Assembly: GCA_951406725.2 (NCBI GenBank)
Contig: OX597822.1
Span: 107,880,001 to 107,944,000, forward strand
Source: Octopus vulgaris
Taxonomy: Eukaryota
Length of the DNA stretch: 64,000 nt
Direction: 5' to 3'
Of this stretch, positions 1-13,759 are shown piece by piece. Numbering within the stretch: the stretch's first letter is position 1; every line of letters starts with the position of its first letter. A model generated the notes under the pieces. The model saw only the letters and a list, made by a program, of their open reading frames with translations, was not told where the DNA came from and did no database searches. The position numbers and the translations under genes were made by a program.

Positions 1-730
1 TATGGTGGTTATTTTATAGTAGTTTTCCGGCTGTATAAGGCCTCTACCACCTTCTATACGTTGTATATAGAGTCTTTCTATGTCAGATTTTGGATGATGC
101 ATCCTAGACCCAGTCATTATTTTTCTTGTTTTCCTATCTATTTTGGTCAGTTCATTTAGTATCCAGTTAAGGATAAGGTAGCTGTAACTTATAACTGGGA
201 CAGCTAAAGTGTTAATACCTATTATCTTGTTTTTAGCATTGAGCTCTGTTTTTAGTACTGATCTAACTCGTCTATAATATTCTTTTCTTTATTTTCTCTT
301 TCATTTGTGTGTTTTGTGTCTTATCTAGTTCATGGATTCCTAAGTATTTGTAAGTTTGGCTTTGGTCTAATTCTTTTATTTCATTTGCTTTTATCTAGTG
401 TGATGTTGCTACTCTTAACTAGTTTTCATCTTTGCATGGTTACTTTGGCGCATTTTTCTAATCCAAATTTCATATCTATTTCTTTGGTAAATCCATGAAC
501 TGTCTTTAATAGTGTTTCCAGCTGTTTGTCATTTGCAGTGTATAGTTTTAGGTCATCCATGTATAAAAAGTGGCTGATCGTTTTGCCGTAACATTTATAT
601 TCGCATCCAGTTCTATTTAGCATATCAGATACAGGTAACAGTGCCAAGCAGAAAAGGAGTGGAGAGAGCGTGTCTCCCTGGAATATTCCTCTTCTAATGG
701 GGATGGCTTTGGTTTTCATGAGTCCCTCTT
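1..730 (-). mobile_element. R4/Dong-like non-LTR retrotransposon, 5'-truncated reverse transcriptase fragment (runs off window start)
   Basis: ORF 426..734 gives RGIFQGDTLSPLLF, HFLYMDDLKLY, FGLEKC; downstream frame reads LNAKNKIIGINTLAVPVISYS...HHPKSDIERLYIQRIEGGRGL; abuts a (TAA)n tract. Confidence 0.88.
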
Positions 731-744
731 TCATGAGTCCCTCT

Positions 745-809
745 TATTTTTTTTATTATTAATATTATTATTATTATTATCATCATCATCATCATCATTA
801 TTATTATGA

Positions 810-871
<62 letters not shown>

Positions 872-908
872 AATATTATTTCATGATTCCCTCTTTCATG
901 AGTCCCTC

Positions 909-951
<43 letters not shown>

Positions 952-977
952 CATCATTATTATTATTATTATTATTA

Positions 978-1024
<47 letters not shown>

Positions 1025-1142
1025 ATTAATATTATTATTATTATCATCATCATTATCATTATTATTATCATTATTATTATCAATATTATTAATATTATTA
1101 TTATTATTATTATTATCATCATCATTATTATTATTATTATTA

Positions 1143-1203
<61 letters not shown>

Positions 1204-1211
1204 CATTATCA
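745..1211. repeat. (TTA/TCA)n microsatellite with an embedded copy of the LINE junction
   Basis: Long TTA array; tcatgagtccctctt-type 15-mers at ~717-745 and again ~881-910. Confidence 0.95.
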
Positions 1212-2013
1212 TTGGAAGAAGATGCTTGGAAGAATAATGATATTTATTCAAGACAAAATTACACGTGAGCGTAGTCATCTTGACTCTTTCTAAATGGTGA
1301 CGTTCTGTCATTCTGAAAAAGCGTGGAAACGTTGAAGGAGGGTAGAATTTGCTGCTAGTTACTGTGAAAGTGAACACTACGGATGGGATGGAACACGGAT
1401 GGGATGGAACAATATTCCAACATTTATTAGAAATAACTTTGTTAATGCAGTTACAAGAATTATGATATGAACAATTTATTATTCAAAGCATTGTGGTTTT
1501 AGATAAAAACCCAAGATATTCTAATGTATTTCCGCATCAATTTGCTGAAAATTAAGTGATGTTTTCGCTCTCAAAGCACGCAAGTGGAATCCCCCATCGG
1601 CACAACAGTATTATCAAGTTTCATGACGGCTTTTGCAAGGAGAGATGTCAATCATGCTATCAGGGTAGCTGATAAGAAAGATGTGCTCAAATTAAAAGAG
1701 TTCGGGCAGTGAGAAAATATCAGAAATGCGATCAATGATGCTGGACTCCCTTGCGGTTAGATAAAGAAATGAACAATGCAATTTTGCTGGAACAATTTAA
1801 TAATCCAAAATTTAAAACCAAAATTTATAGGTTTTGAGGCTGCCATTCCAGATCACACAGAGGATCTTGATCCGCTTAGCAGTCAGCTTGAGATGCAAGT
1901 CATTCCTGAAGGTGTAAATGAACAAATTGCATCTAATCAGGGTTCAGGAACAATGAAACAAATAGACAGGGAATAAGAAAACACAGAAACGAAAGAATAC
2001 AATGGACGTAGTT

Positions 2014-2300
2014 ACGACGACGACGACGACGACAATGATAATGATGATGATGATGATGTTGATGATGACGATTCGATGATGATGATGAAAATGATAATGA
2101 TGATGTTGATAATGACGACAACGGCGACGAAGATGATGATGATGATGATGTTGATGATGACGACGACGGCGACGAAGATGATGTTGATGATGTTGATGAT
2201 GACGACGACGGCGACGAAGATGATGTTGATGATGTTGAGGATGACGACTTCGATGATGATGATGAAAATGATAATGATGATGTTGATCACAACGATGATG
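2014..2300. repeat. (GAT/GAC)n compound trinucleotide repeat with higher-order units
   Basis: Three acggcgacgaagatgatg units flanked by two tcgatgatgatgatgaaaatgataatgatgatgttgat blocks. Confidence 0.9.
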
Positions 2301-2655
2301 AAAGAATCACATATTTCCACGTTTCTTACAGAGAAAGAAAAGTGAAGATTACTACACCTTCCGTCTTTCTTTCAGGTGGTGATGGAGGTTATAAAATATT
2401 TTTCAAATACAGAAAGACGTTCACAGATATCTTTAATTTTATAAAAAATTCATTGGAACATTTCATAGTTAATATACTTAATATATTTCTAAACACTTAC
2501 TTTATAATTGGATACGTGTATTAATTGTATTAAACTCATTTTGCCTAATTCTCTGATGTAGATTAAATTCACCCATATAATTCATTGTTGGGGTGCCTGT
2601 AGGTCACCTGTATATGTAAGGTTTGATATATTTGAATGTTCTTCCTATACTTGAG

Positions 2656-3070
2656 TTACTCTTTACTCTTTTACTCTTTTACTTGTTTCAGTCATTTGAC
2701 TGCGGCCATGCTGGAGCACCGCCTTTAGTCGAGCAACTCGAGCCCGGGACTTATTCTTTTGTAAGCCCAGTACTTATTCTATCAGTCTCCTTTGCCGAAC
2801 CGCTAAGTGACGGGGACGTAAACACACCAGCATCAGTTGTCAAGGAATGCTAGGGGGACAAACACAGACACACAAACAAACACACGCATATATATATACA
2901 TATATACGACAGGCTTCTTTCAGTTTCCGTCTACCAAATCCACTCACATGGCATTGGTCGGCCCGGGGCTATAGCAGAAGACACTTGCCCAAGATGCCAC
3001 GCAGTGGGACTGAACCCGGAACCATGTGGTTGGTTAGCAAGCTACTTACCACACAGCCACTCCTGCGCCT
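2656..3070 (-). mobile_element. tRNA-derived SINE family A, full length
   Basis: Minus strand head AGGCGCAGGAGTGGCTGTGTGGTAAG...GGTTCAGTCCC (A/B-box-like), internal TA/CA tract, tail GGCGGTGCTCCAGCATGGCCGCAGTCAAATGACTGAAAC(TAAAAGAG)n; homologous copies at ~46147, ~57565, ~61586, ~63410. Confidence 0.92.
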
Positions 3071-3134
3071 ATATTTCTTATTATATTCAGGTTGCTCCAG
3101 TCCGCCACTGTAAGCCAAAGAGTTAAATAGATTT

Positions 3135-3220
<86 letters not shown>

Positions 3221-4187
3221 ACACAAAGAACTCCCTCCGCATATATATGTGTAAGTGAATCTTCATAAAATGACAACTCGGTATTTTATGGGTTTTTTTT
3301 TGAATTTTCAAGCAATAAAAGAATGGAATCAAGTGATCTTATATTTTTATATGAAATAAAACCATTGAATATGAGAGTTAACTACACAAAACCTTTCAAC
3401 AGCTATCTACAAACACTCTCTATTGCAACTGCAGTTATTTCAGCTCAGTAAATTCTCCATTATATACTTTATGTCATTCAGAATCGATACTTTATTGTGC
3501 AACAGATTTTCGAGATAATATTAGAGTTTCTAAATATTACTACATCGGCATAAGTGTAAATCTTTTGAATGCAACTTGCTTGACATCAGCAAAGTAATCC
3601 TGGAACAACATAAATTTGTCTAAGAATATCTAATGTTTAAGAAATATCAATAGCGTGAAGAAACTATATCATTCCAAGATATTTGGAAATGCAAAACGTT
3701 ATAATCAAAGTAGTGGTAGTTTAGGCTTTTCTATCTTTTTGAATAAGAATATATTCGCGCATAAGAATATCTGTCTTGTACATCTGTTTAGAGTTGATAT
3801 ATTTTATCGTATGTTTTGTGGCTATAAATCGAAATATTTGCTTCAATATTTCAAAATTCTGAATGCTTCGAGAGTAAACATACATCGTACAATAAAGTTA
3901 CGTGTTTCAAACAAAGAATATGTTTCGGTTGCTAACGTGGATTTTTCATTCGGGATCTTTCCTTTAGCAAATACGTAAAATATCCTTAAAAAATGTATCA
4001 ACGGGGCAAAGATAAGCTAGCGATGGATGTGACTGAGTTTCCTCTGAAGTATATGATTTTCTTTCTTAAATGTTTATATACAATGAAAATAATTACACAA
4101 ATAAATAGAAAATCATTTGATTTCAATTTTTTGGCATAAAAATTTTTATTGAAACTTAGAGTGGAAATATATTTTGTCTTAAAATAT

Positions 4188-4447
4188 TGTTATATCTCGT
4201 CGACACTGTCATGTCCCTCTTCGAACTCACTCTATATGCCAGTTTATAACGTGGACTGATAACAATACAAATAAATCAGACACAACACGTAACAAACAAT
4301 ATCTCTTCTCGTCGATTTTTACGACTGTCTTCACAAAACGCCTGCACATACCACACTGTCGTCCTTCATTCAGAGTGCATATGCAGTCTATACGGCCTAG
4401 GACAGTTGACATGCTATCCCAAAGGGTGTCAGGATTTCACTGCAACA
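4188..4447 (-). repeat. 3' LTR of Gypsy element (260 bp)
   Basis: Starts TGTTAT, ends GCAACA on +; followed by tttccccttttt (= polypurine tract on minus strand). Confidence 0.88.
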
Positions 4448-6295
4448 TTTCCCCTTTTTGAGTTTAACTTTCATTGGAAGTCAATATATTTTTTTATTAT
4501 CTTTATTACCACCCCTCCTCCACTTTGTTTTCAATTCCCCGGAAAGAAATTGGTATTTTTTTTTTCGTTTTGAGTCAACTTGCAAAAACCTGTTTGTTTT
4601 CTTTTCCTAGTCGCTATACTCGTTGGTTCGATTTTTCCTTGAGGTATCGGGACATCAAAAATTTCATAAAGAAATGTCGTTCGCACATCGTATCTTATTC
4701 TTTCATCCGTAAACACTTTTTAAAGTTGGTTTCGGTACCTCTTGTGTTCCCACGTAAGACCTTTTACCATGTACGTTATTTTTCTTAAACGTTTAATTCT
4801 ACCTTCTTCCCATCTTTCCTTTCCGTTTTTGTATATTTAAAAGAAAAAACCTTGTCACCGATTTTGAAATATTTCATATTATTTTCGGTGTTTCTCTCCA
4901 TTTGTTTCTTTCCTTCCCTGTAGTAATTTGTCAAACCCTGACCTAACTTTCCTGGCCAACCTTAGTTCAGCAGGTGACATAATTGATGTGATTTTGGGGT
5001 TAGGTGTTATTCGGTATACACTTAAGTATTGCGTCAATGTAGTATCGACTAGTAGTTCATTTCTAGATATTTTCAGTGCCCCATTAAACGTGTCTACAAA
5101 ACGTTCCGCTAGTCCATTCGATATCGGATGGTATGGCAGAGTAGTGATACGCTCCATTGCATGCATTCTGCAAAAGTTTTTACATTCCTTTGAAGTGAAG
5201 TGTGTTCCGTTATCAGACAATATAATGTCTGGAACGCCATATCGGTCCAGCGAAGTCTATGTGTAATCGTGACCAAGGTACGTCTGTATTGGGCCAAGGT
5301 TGAATTTTTACAAGTGGTGCCTTTGCTGGTAGGGCACAACCCCTGCAGGTTTAAACCAATTTTCAATACCCTGATGCATATTCGGCCGGTAAACATGGCT
5401 TCTCATCAAAGTTTTCATTCTCGCGATTCCTGGGGGTCCCATCTGGAATTCTTTTAACATACGGGTTTGCAAAGAAACGAGTATTACAACCCTCTGAGCG
5501 TATCTAAGTACGTCGTCACATATCGAATACCATTTCGAAACTGTGTTACGCTCACTTACATGAGTATCTGTATGCTTCAAATTTCAGTATTCTTTTCATT
5601 TTTATTATGAACGCATGCGTCTCTGCTTTTAATTAATTAAAATGCGAGGTATTTCGCGTACTACGTTGCAGAGTATATATATATTTTATTTTTATTTCGG
5701 CTTTTAACGTTCGCTGTTACCTTGTCCTCTAACGGTTAATTGTATTTAGGAATCAATCTTGACAGCCCATCCGCGTATCATAATCGATGGTACAAATTCC
5801 ATCGTAGCAGGATTGTCCCTCAGCGCTGCATTCAGTTGGCTGTATGTGTGTGGATATCGTTTTTCGATCCGGAAATTGATAATAATGGGCGGTGATCTGT
5901 TTTCAGACTGAATTTGTTTCCATGTATGAATTTGTGAAATTTTTTCACCGCAAAAATAATGGCTAGTGCCACATTCTCTGTTTGGCTGTAGTTTTTTTTT
6001 AACTGCCAATAATGAACGTGAAGCTTGAGTGATGAGTTTTACGCTACCATTTCCATACTTGTGTAAAATTTCCGCTCCTATACCACTTTCGTTAGCATCT
6101 GATGCTACTACTGTTTTAAAATTTGGATCAAACTGCGATAATGAGAGTTCCGATGTCAAAACGTTTTGAAATTTCTTCGAATGCTTTTTGAAACCAGTCT
6201 GACCAATAATATATTACGCCTTCGTTTAATGGGTTGTTTAGGGGTGCTCTTAAATCATGCATGTTTGGTATGTATGTTTGATAATAGTTCGTGAT

Positions 6296-6471
6296 ATAAA
6301 TCAGAAACAAAACGTTACAAAGAATATCTCTTCTCAACGACCTCTACGACTGATTTCACAAATCGTCTGCACACACCACACTGTCCTTCATTGACAGTGC
6401 ACATGAGCCTTTATACGGTTTCGGACAGTTGAGTTGCTATCTCACAGGGGTGTCAAACTTTCACCACAACA
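6296..6471 (-). repeat. Partial 5' LTR of Gypsy element
   Basis: Colinear diverged copy of ~4270-4447 (ataaatcag...caccacaaca); fused directly to the RT connection region. Confidence 0.85.
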
Positions 6472-6589
6472 AATATTATAACAACAACAACCACCACAAC
6501 AACAGCAACAACAAGAAAAATAATAATAACAGTAATAAGATTCCTTAACCAAAACAGCTCAGAAGTGTGGAAGGGACATCGGTATGGAA

Positions 6590-7965
6590 TTTGGTATTTC
6601 CAAATGTTCAATACTTAATATGGAAAGAGGGAAGAAAGAAGCCTGTGTAGAATTACGGTTACCATCTGGAGAGACCATGGGTGAACCCGACGGTAGTGGA
6701 TATATACTTAGGGATTTTGGAACTGGATGACATTCTACACAGAGAAACGAAAGTCAAGGTCAGCGAGGCGTATTAAAAAAAGGGTGAAGATGATGTTGAA
6801 ATCCAACCTGAATGCAAAAATTTGAATACCTTAATGAATATCTGGGCAGTTGCAGTGGTCAGATATAGTGCGTCCATCCTTAAATGAACTAGGGAGGCAA
6901 TATCAACACTGGACTGAAGGACGAGGACGTTGATGACGCCGCACGAGGCGCTACATCCTATAGCAAACATAAACAGACTGTATGTGAAAAGAAAGAAATG
7001 TGACAGAGGACTAATAATATAGACCATTGTATAAAGAGTGAAAGGAGAACGTTTGGCGTGTATTTGATAGTGATAAAGACTTGCTGCAATATGCCGCAAA
7101 ACATATGAGTGTAAATGCAGATGAAATGATGGGCAAGGAGGAATTTAACCAAAGAGCCGAGGAGAAAAGAAAAGAGGACCTTGAAATGAGAATGCATGGA
7201 CAGTTTGAAAGGAAAACACAAAACGTACCACCGAAAGCCTGATCATTGTTGTACAAGACCTGGTTCTTGCTACCAATTCAGTGAAGTATAACATCTATAA
7301 AACTTCTGACGCCCAAAAATACTGACTCTGTAGAAAAAGTGTGGAAAATATGACCAAATTGGTAAGTGATTGTGAGAGCCTTGCACAAAAAGAATACAAG
7401 GGCCGCCACGATATAGTGTGTGTGTATATTCTTTGGTTCTTATGCCGTAAGTTCCAATATGGAATATCAGAGAACTGGTATGAGCATATACCAAGCAAAG
7501 TTATGAAGGAAGATTGAAAAGTAACGATGCTCTGGGATTGTGATTTTCAGACGGATCTTGTAATCAAACACCGTCGGCCGGATATTGTCATATTGAATAA
7601 GAGAGACAAATACTCTTAGATCATTGATGTAGCCATACCAAATGACATGAACGTTGTGAGTAGCGAGGATGGAAATATCACCATGTACTCCGAATTTAAA
7701 GTGGAAATGGCAAGACTGTATAGAATGTGAGAGCGTAATATAAAAGTGATACCAGTGGTAATCGGAGCGTGGGGTTCAATCCCATCAAAACTTCAAAACC
7801 TAATAAGCCATCCGGAAATCCCCTGCAAGATTGATGTCTTGCAAAAAAGCAGTCTTATTGGACACAGAGCACATCTTAAGGAAAATATTATCTGTCTCAT
7901 GCCCTTGTGACTTGACAGATAACCAAAGACTCGGTGCATTTTTACTTTCACTGTGTTACGAAGAA
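6590..7965 (+). mobile_element. R4/Dong-like LINE 3' part (RT thumb to restriction-like endonuclease), decayed
   Basis: Broken frames read FGISKC, LGILE, LINIWAVAVVRYS-like, EYKGRHDIV, KHRRPDIVIL, IIDVAIPND, VIPVVIGAWG; flanked by CAA/TAA repeats on both sides. Confidence 0.85.
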
Positions 7966-8184
<219 letters not shown>

Positions 8185-8229
8185 ATTTCTTGATGAGAAC
8201 CATATTTTACCGGCGGAAATAAAAAGCTG

Positions 8230-9840
8230 TAGAGGGGGATGCAGAGGTAACAAAGATCAACTATTGATAGGTAAAATGGTAATTCAAGATTGTAAATGGA
8301 AGAGAACAAATCTGGGAATGGCCTAGATTGAGTATCGCAAAGCTTATGATATGATTCACATTTGTGGATTATTGAGTGCTAATATGTGTTTGGAATTGCG
8401 AAGAATGTAACGTGTTTCCTGCAGAGAAGTATGATAGGATGGAAAACTGAACTGACATCTTATGGAAAAGCTTGGGAACCCTGGGTATCCAAAGATGGAT
8501 TTTCCAAGGTATTAGCCTATTTCCGTTGCCTTTATTTTCTGCATGGTTTCACTGACCTTGGTACTTAGGAGAGAAACCGGGGTACCAACTAAAGAAAAAA
8601 TCCCCAACAAACAACCACCTCTTCTTCATGGATGATTTGAAACTGCGTGGCAAAGATGAGGCACAAATAAGTTCTTTCTTGAGCTCGGTCCACTGTTTAG
8701 TACTGATATTAGAAAGGAATTTGGACTCAAGAAGTGCAGAATAATATACCGAAAAATAGGCAAGGTACAGTTCCTAGCAGGGATAGAATTGCCGAATAGA
8801 GACTTAATTAAACAAATTGAAACGGAAGGAGACAAATACCTTGGTTTATTAGAGTTCAAAGTGATAATGGGAAAGGAAATGAAAGAGTAACTGAGGACTG
8901 AATATTTCCGAAGAATGATGCTGTTTTTGCACTAAAAATGAATCCGTAAGCGATGGCATAACCTCCGTATGGAGCGGGAATTATAAAATGGCAGAAAAAG
9001 AGAAGTGAAGAAAATGGATACAAAGACCAGGAACTTGTTCACACTACACGGAGTCTTCCCCCACTAAGAGTGACACCGAAAGGCTGTATTTGTCCAGAAG
9101 AAAGGGTGGGAAAGGTTTGACCAGTAGCCAGGACTGTATCAAAGCAGAGGAAAATAGCTTACGGAGATATGTAAAAAATGCCGTGGAGACACGAACAGTG
9201 TTTGAACAAAACACACGAAGGCCAGTGTCAACAAAACTGAAAATTGTGTACCTAAAGAAAAACTTTAAACAATAAATAAACAAAATTAAAACAAAGAAAA
9301 GGCATGAAGGGAAATGAAAATGTACGGTCATTTTCTAAGAGATGTGACCGACAAGACAGACACAGATGATCGATGGCTATGGATGAGGACGAGTGACCTG
9401 CGGATAGAGAGAGAAGCATCATGCGCAGCTCAGGAACAAGCGTTAAGGACCAAATATATGAAGTGCTGAATAGATGACACTACCGATAGCAATAAATGCA
9501 GAATGTTGTGAGAGGGGTGAAACGGTAGGGTACATCGCTAGCGAATGCCTAAAATTGTCACAACGCGAATACAAAAGACGCCATGACAATGTGGCAAGAA
9601 TGATCCATTGGGAGCTCTGAAGAAACCCCGTCCTACAATGAGCAAAGAAGTGGTGTGAGCAAACTCCAGAAAGAGTCACCGAAGATGAGAATTTCAAGAC
9701 CCTGTGGGATGCAATGATCCAGTGCAATGATCCCATGAACTAGACGTCGGAAACCGGAGATTGTTGTGGTCAATAAAAAGGCAAGAACGTGTATGATAAT
9801 CGACATAGCATGCCCCGGTGACAACAGGATCAGTGTGAAA
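8230..9840 (+). mobile_element. Second R4/Dong-like LINE (RT to RLE), decayed
   Basis: Remnants AYDMI, GIFQG-like, NHLFFMDDLK, FGLKKC, ERLYLSRRKGGKGL, ASECLKLSQREYKRRHDNVARMIHWEL, RRKPEIVVVNKK, IIDIACPGDNRI. Confidence 0.87.
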
Positions 9841-9869
9841 GGGACCTTTTGAGAGGGATGGAAGTTGAG

Positions 9870-10008
9870 TGCTGATACTGCACCACTTACTATTGCTATC
9901 ACGCCTAATCTCTTCATTGACCACAACCTTCGTATTTTCCCACTTCAAATCGTCATATTTATTTTTCTTCTTTCCTATTGATCTTGTTGGCAGCGGCTCA
10001 TGCTACGC
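9870..10008 (-). mobile_element. Inverted R4-like RLE C-terminal fragment
   Basis: Minus strand reads KYDDLKWE / RRLWSMKRLGVIAIVSGA, the segment that normally follows DIACPxDN. Confidence 0.7.
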
Positions 10009-10017
10009 GCTGTTAAT

Positions 10018-10170
10018 CTTGATTTGAGCTCACCATGTCTCTCATTTGTGGTTGTGATGCATGTGCCTGGTGTACCCTAATCAGATAGATAGTGATAATG
10101 AGTATACTGGACATCGTATGGTTTGATGACATGCGCTATTCACTCACTCAATGATAATAATAATAATATA
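10018..10170 (+). mobile_element. Short interspersed repeat with (TAA)n tail (3' piece)
   Basis: Homologous to 43907-44070 (ttgatatgagatccccatg...gtacccttatcagac...ctcaataataat). Confidence 0.6.
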
Positions 10171-10247
10171 CAAATAATAATAATACACAAAATAATTTCG
10201 GCTGTCCTACGCACGTGTACATCTTCACACGTATGTGTATGTATGTA

Positions 10248-10551
10248 CCGCATTTGACGGCATATTAGACGCACTGGCATATTAGACGCACCCTCATTTC
10301 AGCAGGTCAAATTCAGGAAAAAAAGTTTCAAGTGTATTTAAGCATATATTGTTGAAAGCAGTCAAGCAGCACATTACAAAAGCAGAAAACATTGCTGTAT
10401 AAAAGCAAGCATACAAACGGAAAGCATAGAAATTACAATAGTAATCATCTTTAATCATCTTTTTAACCAGAAAACTCTTCATCATCTTCTACGCAATTTA
10501 CGGTAGATTGCTTTGATTTTTACGATAATTCTTATTTTAAAGTAATAATAC

Positions 10552-10585
<34 letters not shown>

Positions 10586-10788
10586 AGCAATAAAATAATG
10601 ATGCATGAGTACGGAAAATATCATTAAGGCGTTAGAGTAGGTAGAAATACTTATCGTAAGCTAGGTTAGTGAGCGTCTGGGAGAAGATTAGCCTATGGGA
10701 GGGTCTTGACTTCGCATATTAGACGCAGGGCGATTTTTTTAGCCAATTTTTTGGGAAAAAAGTGCGTCCTATATGCCGTCAAATACTA
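10248..10788. mobile_element. Non-autonomous pogo/Tigger-like DNA transposon (MITE)
   Basis: Left TA+ccgcatttgacggcatattagacgca, right tgcgtcctatatgccgtcaaatac (imperfect TIR); subterminal gcatattagacgca repeated at ~10277 and ~10714. Confidence 0.8.
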
Positions 10789-11585
10789 CATAAATATATA
10801 TGTGCATGTATGTTGTCGCGTGTCCGTGTGTTTCTATGTGTATATGTACCTTTGTGTAACACTAAGAAAGTTGCGTGTAAGATTGAAATGTATAAAACTA
10901 TTTGTTTTTTACAAGCTCATTTATCCAATCAATCTCATCATTTATTTTTAGTGGAATGTTTTAACATATTGCATGCAATTCCGGAACATTCTTCCAGCCT
11001 TTTCATATGAACTCCGTTTTATATGTTACCAAATTTTACGTCATGGAGAATGGATATCTCTTTAAATCTATCTCAACGGAAGCAAAATATTATGAAAATT
11101 TGTATTTTATGTGAGTTCCCACAAATTCGAAATTAAGAGAAAGATTCCTAGCATATTTTCATTTGCTGAAGGTATTTCAATAAGTAAAGGAAAATATCCA
11201 CCGGGTAGGGAATTAAAAGATGGAAGAACGCATTTCGTTGCCTCTCATAATTACCAAATAACAAAATATTAATCATTCATTATTGTTGATCAAATATTTA
11301 TCGCGTAATTATTCCTTGCTTAATTTTGATGCTCCCTGCTTTATATTCTAAAGAGTTATATACATAATGAGAGGGAATTGTTACGAATGATGTCCAAATG
11401 AAGTTTATTCTTTTGAAACTGTTCATAAATAATTTGTTTAGCAAACATGGCTTCCTCTTTCCACATTACTATCGTCTTCAATACATACGCTCGCACGTAT
11501 TATTTTCTCTACTGGGAACAGGTTATTTTGATATTGCTCAATGAAAAGTGAGATCTTGGCTTTTGAACTCATTACATGTTCACAC

Positions 11586-11676
<91 letters not shown>

Positions 11677-12629
11677 ACACACATAAAATTACGTGCATTT
11701 CTGTGAATTTAAGTGTTGAGAACTGATAAAAGACGATGGCCAAGTTATGTTATTTTAAATGGAACTTATCCGTATTCTAGGAGACCCTTGTGAACGAAAT
11801 CGGAAAATTTTCCTAAAACATAATATATTTTCATAAAACGTAATATATTCTTAATTAATTTGTTCGAAGGATATTCGATCCCTGGCCAACGTTATGCAAG
11901 GTGTCATCAACGTTCTAATGTGGGCTACAGTCAAATATGTAATGTATTGCACCTCTTCTTGTAAGAAGAACCACTAGGAAAAAAAACGAAACGCCCCATG
12001 TTTAATGTTACATGCGCTTGTGGATCAATTCCTGGTATCTTTCGCTATGTTGTACACAATTCTTTTTTAACTCAAACTCCGTACGAAGTGAGTTAAAGAA
12101 GCTTTGGCTGAATTTCCGATTATGATTACAAATTTGATAAGCGCTCGCTGATTAACTAAAATGAGGGTAGCATTGTTCCAGGATGAACTTTAGATAGCAG
12201 ACCTACTTTCGAAATTATTTCAGTCGTTGCCATCCGATATAACGAAGGTGATTATGATTAAACTATAAGCTGTGATTAGAAGATTTACTTTCTGTATTAG
12301 GAGGTCGAGTGATCACGGGAAACCACTTCATAAGTGTATATATTCCACGCCAAAGAGCAAAGATGTACTACTCACATACGATATTTTGTCGTTCTCCCGG
12401 GGCGTAATTGTCACCTTTTACACTTTCACGTTATTATCGACAATCAACAGCAAGTCAATAATTTGACTCGGTCGACAGTTTCCGCAGGCTCCAAGCCAAC
12501 TGGTAAATTTTAAAGCAATAATCCCAATTTAAGTAGGAAACTATGAAAGCCAAAAGAAAAAAAAGAAAACTCGTTACTTGGACATCATAAGTATAAATAT
12601 TATATGAAGAATATCTATAAATCTATCTG

Positions 12630-12717
<88 letters not shown>

Positions 12718-13059
12718 CCAATCTATCTATCTAACTCTCTGTCTGTTTGTATACCTGTCTCACTGCCTGTCTGCCAGACTGACTGTCTGTCCAAATAGAT
12801 TTAGACAAGCTAAAATATGGCGTTCTCTGTGTTTGTATATATACATATAGGGTGTATTCAGTTTGGAATGTATTAGAATAAAAATTAGAGCACATACACC
12901 CTAAAATTACCAAATGGCCGGTTGTATTACGGTATACATCAAAATCTATGCTTATGTATCCATCGTATATGCATATGTGGATCTATGTTATATCGGAACA
13001 TGTGTAGTCTTTATTAAATAGTTCCCTCAACGCACTCCATCTTGTTGGCTCTATTTATT

Positions 13060-13111
<52 letters not shown>

Positions 13112-13723
13112 TGACAACAAAGCATCACTTTATCGTGCTGCTACTGTTGTATAAGTCTTTCTGATAGATTTAGTAATACAATATTTGAAATTATATATGT
13201 GTATGTATATGTATATATATATATATATATATATAAATATATATGTGTGTGTGTGTGTGGGTGGGGTGTATGTATATATATATATATACATACATACACA
13301 CTTACGTAAATATATGTATATGTATGTGTGTGTAAACTTACGGATATGCATGTCTACACACACAGTTATATATAATAAAAAGAAATAAAAAGGAAAATGC
13401 ACTTAAGTATGGAAGAAGTTAAAATTTACAAAGTCGACCGGTTCTGCTTCATTGGTTAATGATGGCAGAAACAGTTACTTCACATATAATCATATTTGTT
13501 TACTGTTGTAATCCAATAAATCAATGCAGTTTCTATTCCACATATAATTAATTCTCTTTACATGCCCTAAGTATCAATTACCCCTGCTTCAAATAAGTAC
13601 AACCACTAATTTCCTGCCCTGATTCAAATGTATCTGTTTATTTATAAAATATTGTATCCCACATCAACATCAAAGGACATTAACTAATAAAGCGTGGAAT
13701 TATAACATTATCAGAAACACTTC

Positions 13724-13759
13724 AGTCATGATTACCTAAACAAGTGAAACCGGTAGACT
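13724..13759 (+). ncRNA. Decayed minimal type I hammerhead-like motif
   Basis: agtc-ATGATTA-cctaaacaagt-GAAAC-CG-GTA-gact: stem I agtc/gact, palindromic stem III ACCGGT, core has two changes from CTGATGA. Confidence 0.4.

Larger units (their letters stand above)
4188..6471 (-). mobile_element. Ty3/Gypsy LTR retrotransposon, internally deleted and decayed
   Basis: TGTT...AACA termini, AATAT at 4183-4187 and 6472-6476 (TSD), PPT next to the 3' LTR, RNase H (VVASDANESGIGA), integrase Zn region (PGIARMKTLMRSHVY) and core (SDNGTHFTS...PYHPISNGLAERFV) in Gypsy order. Confidence 0.92.

Noticed and set aside
694-1377. 227-aa poly-Ile ORF and the many poly-IY/CV/R/K ORFs
   Set aside because: Translations of microsatellites with no coding signal
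1250-1975. Possible DNA transposase remnant (GLPC motif)
   Set aside because: Single short motif, no TIRs found; insufficient support
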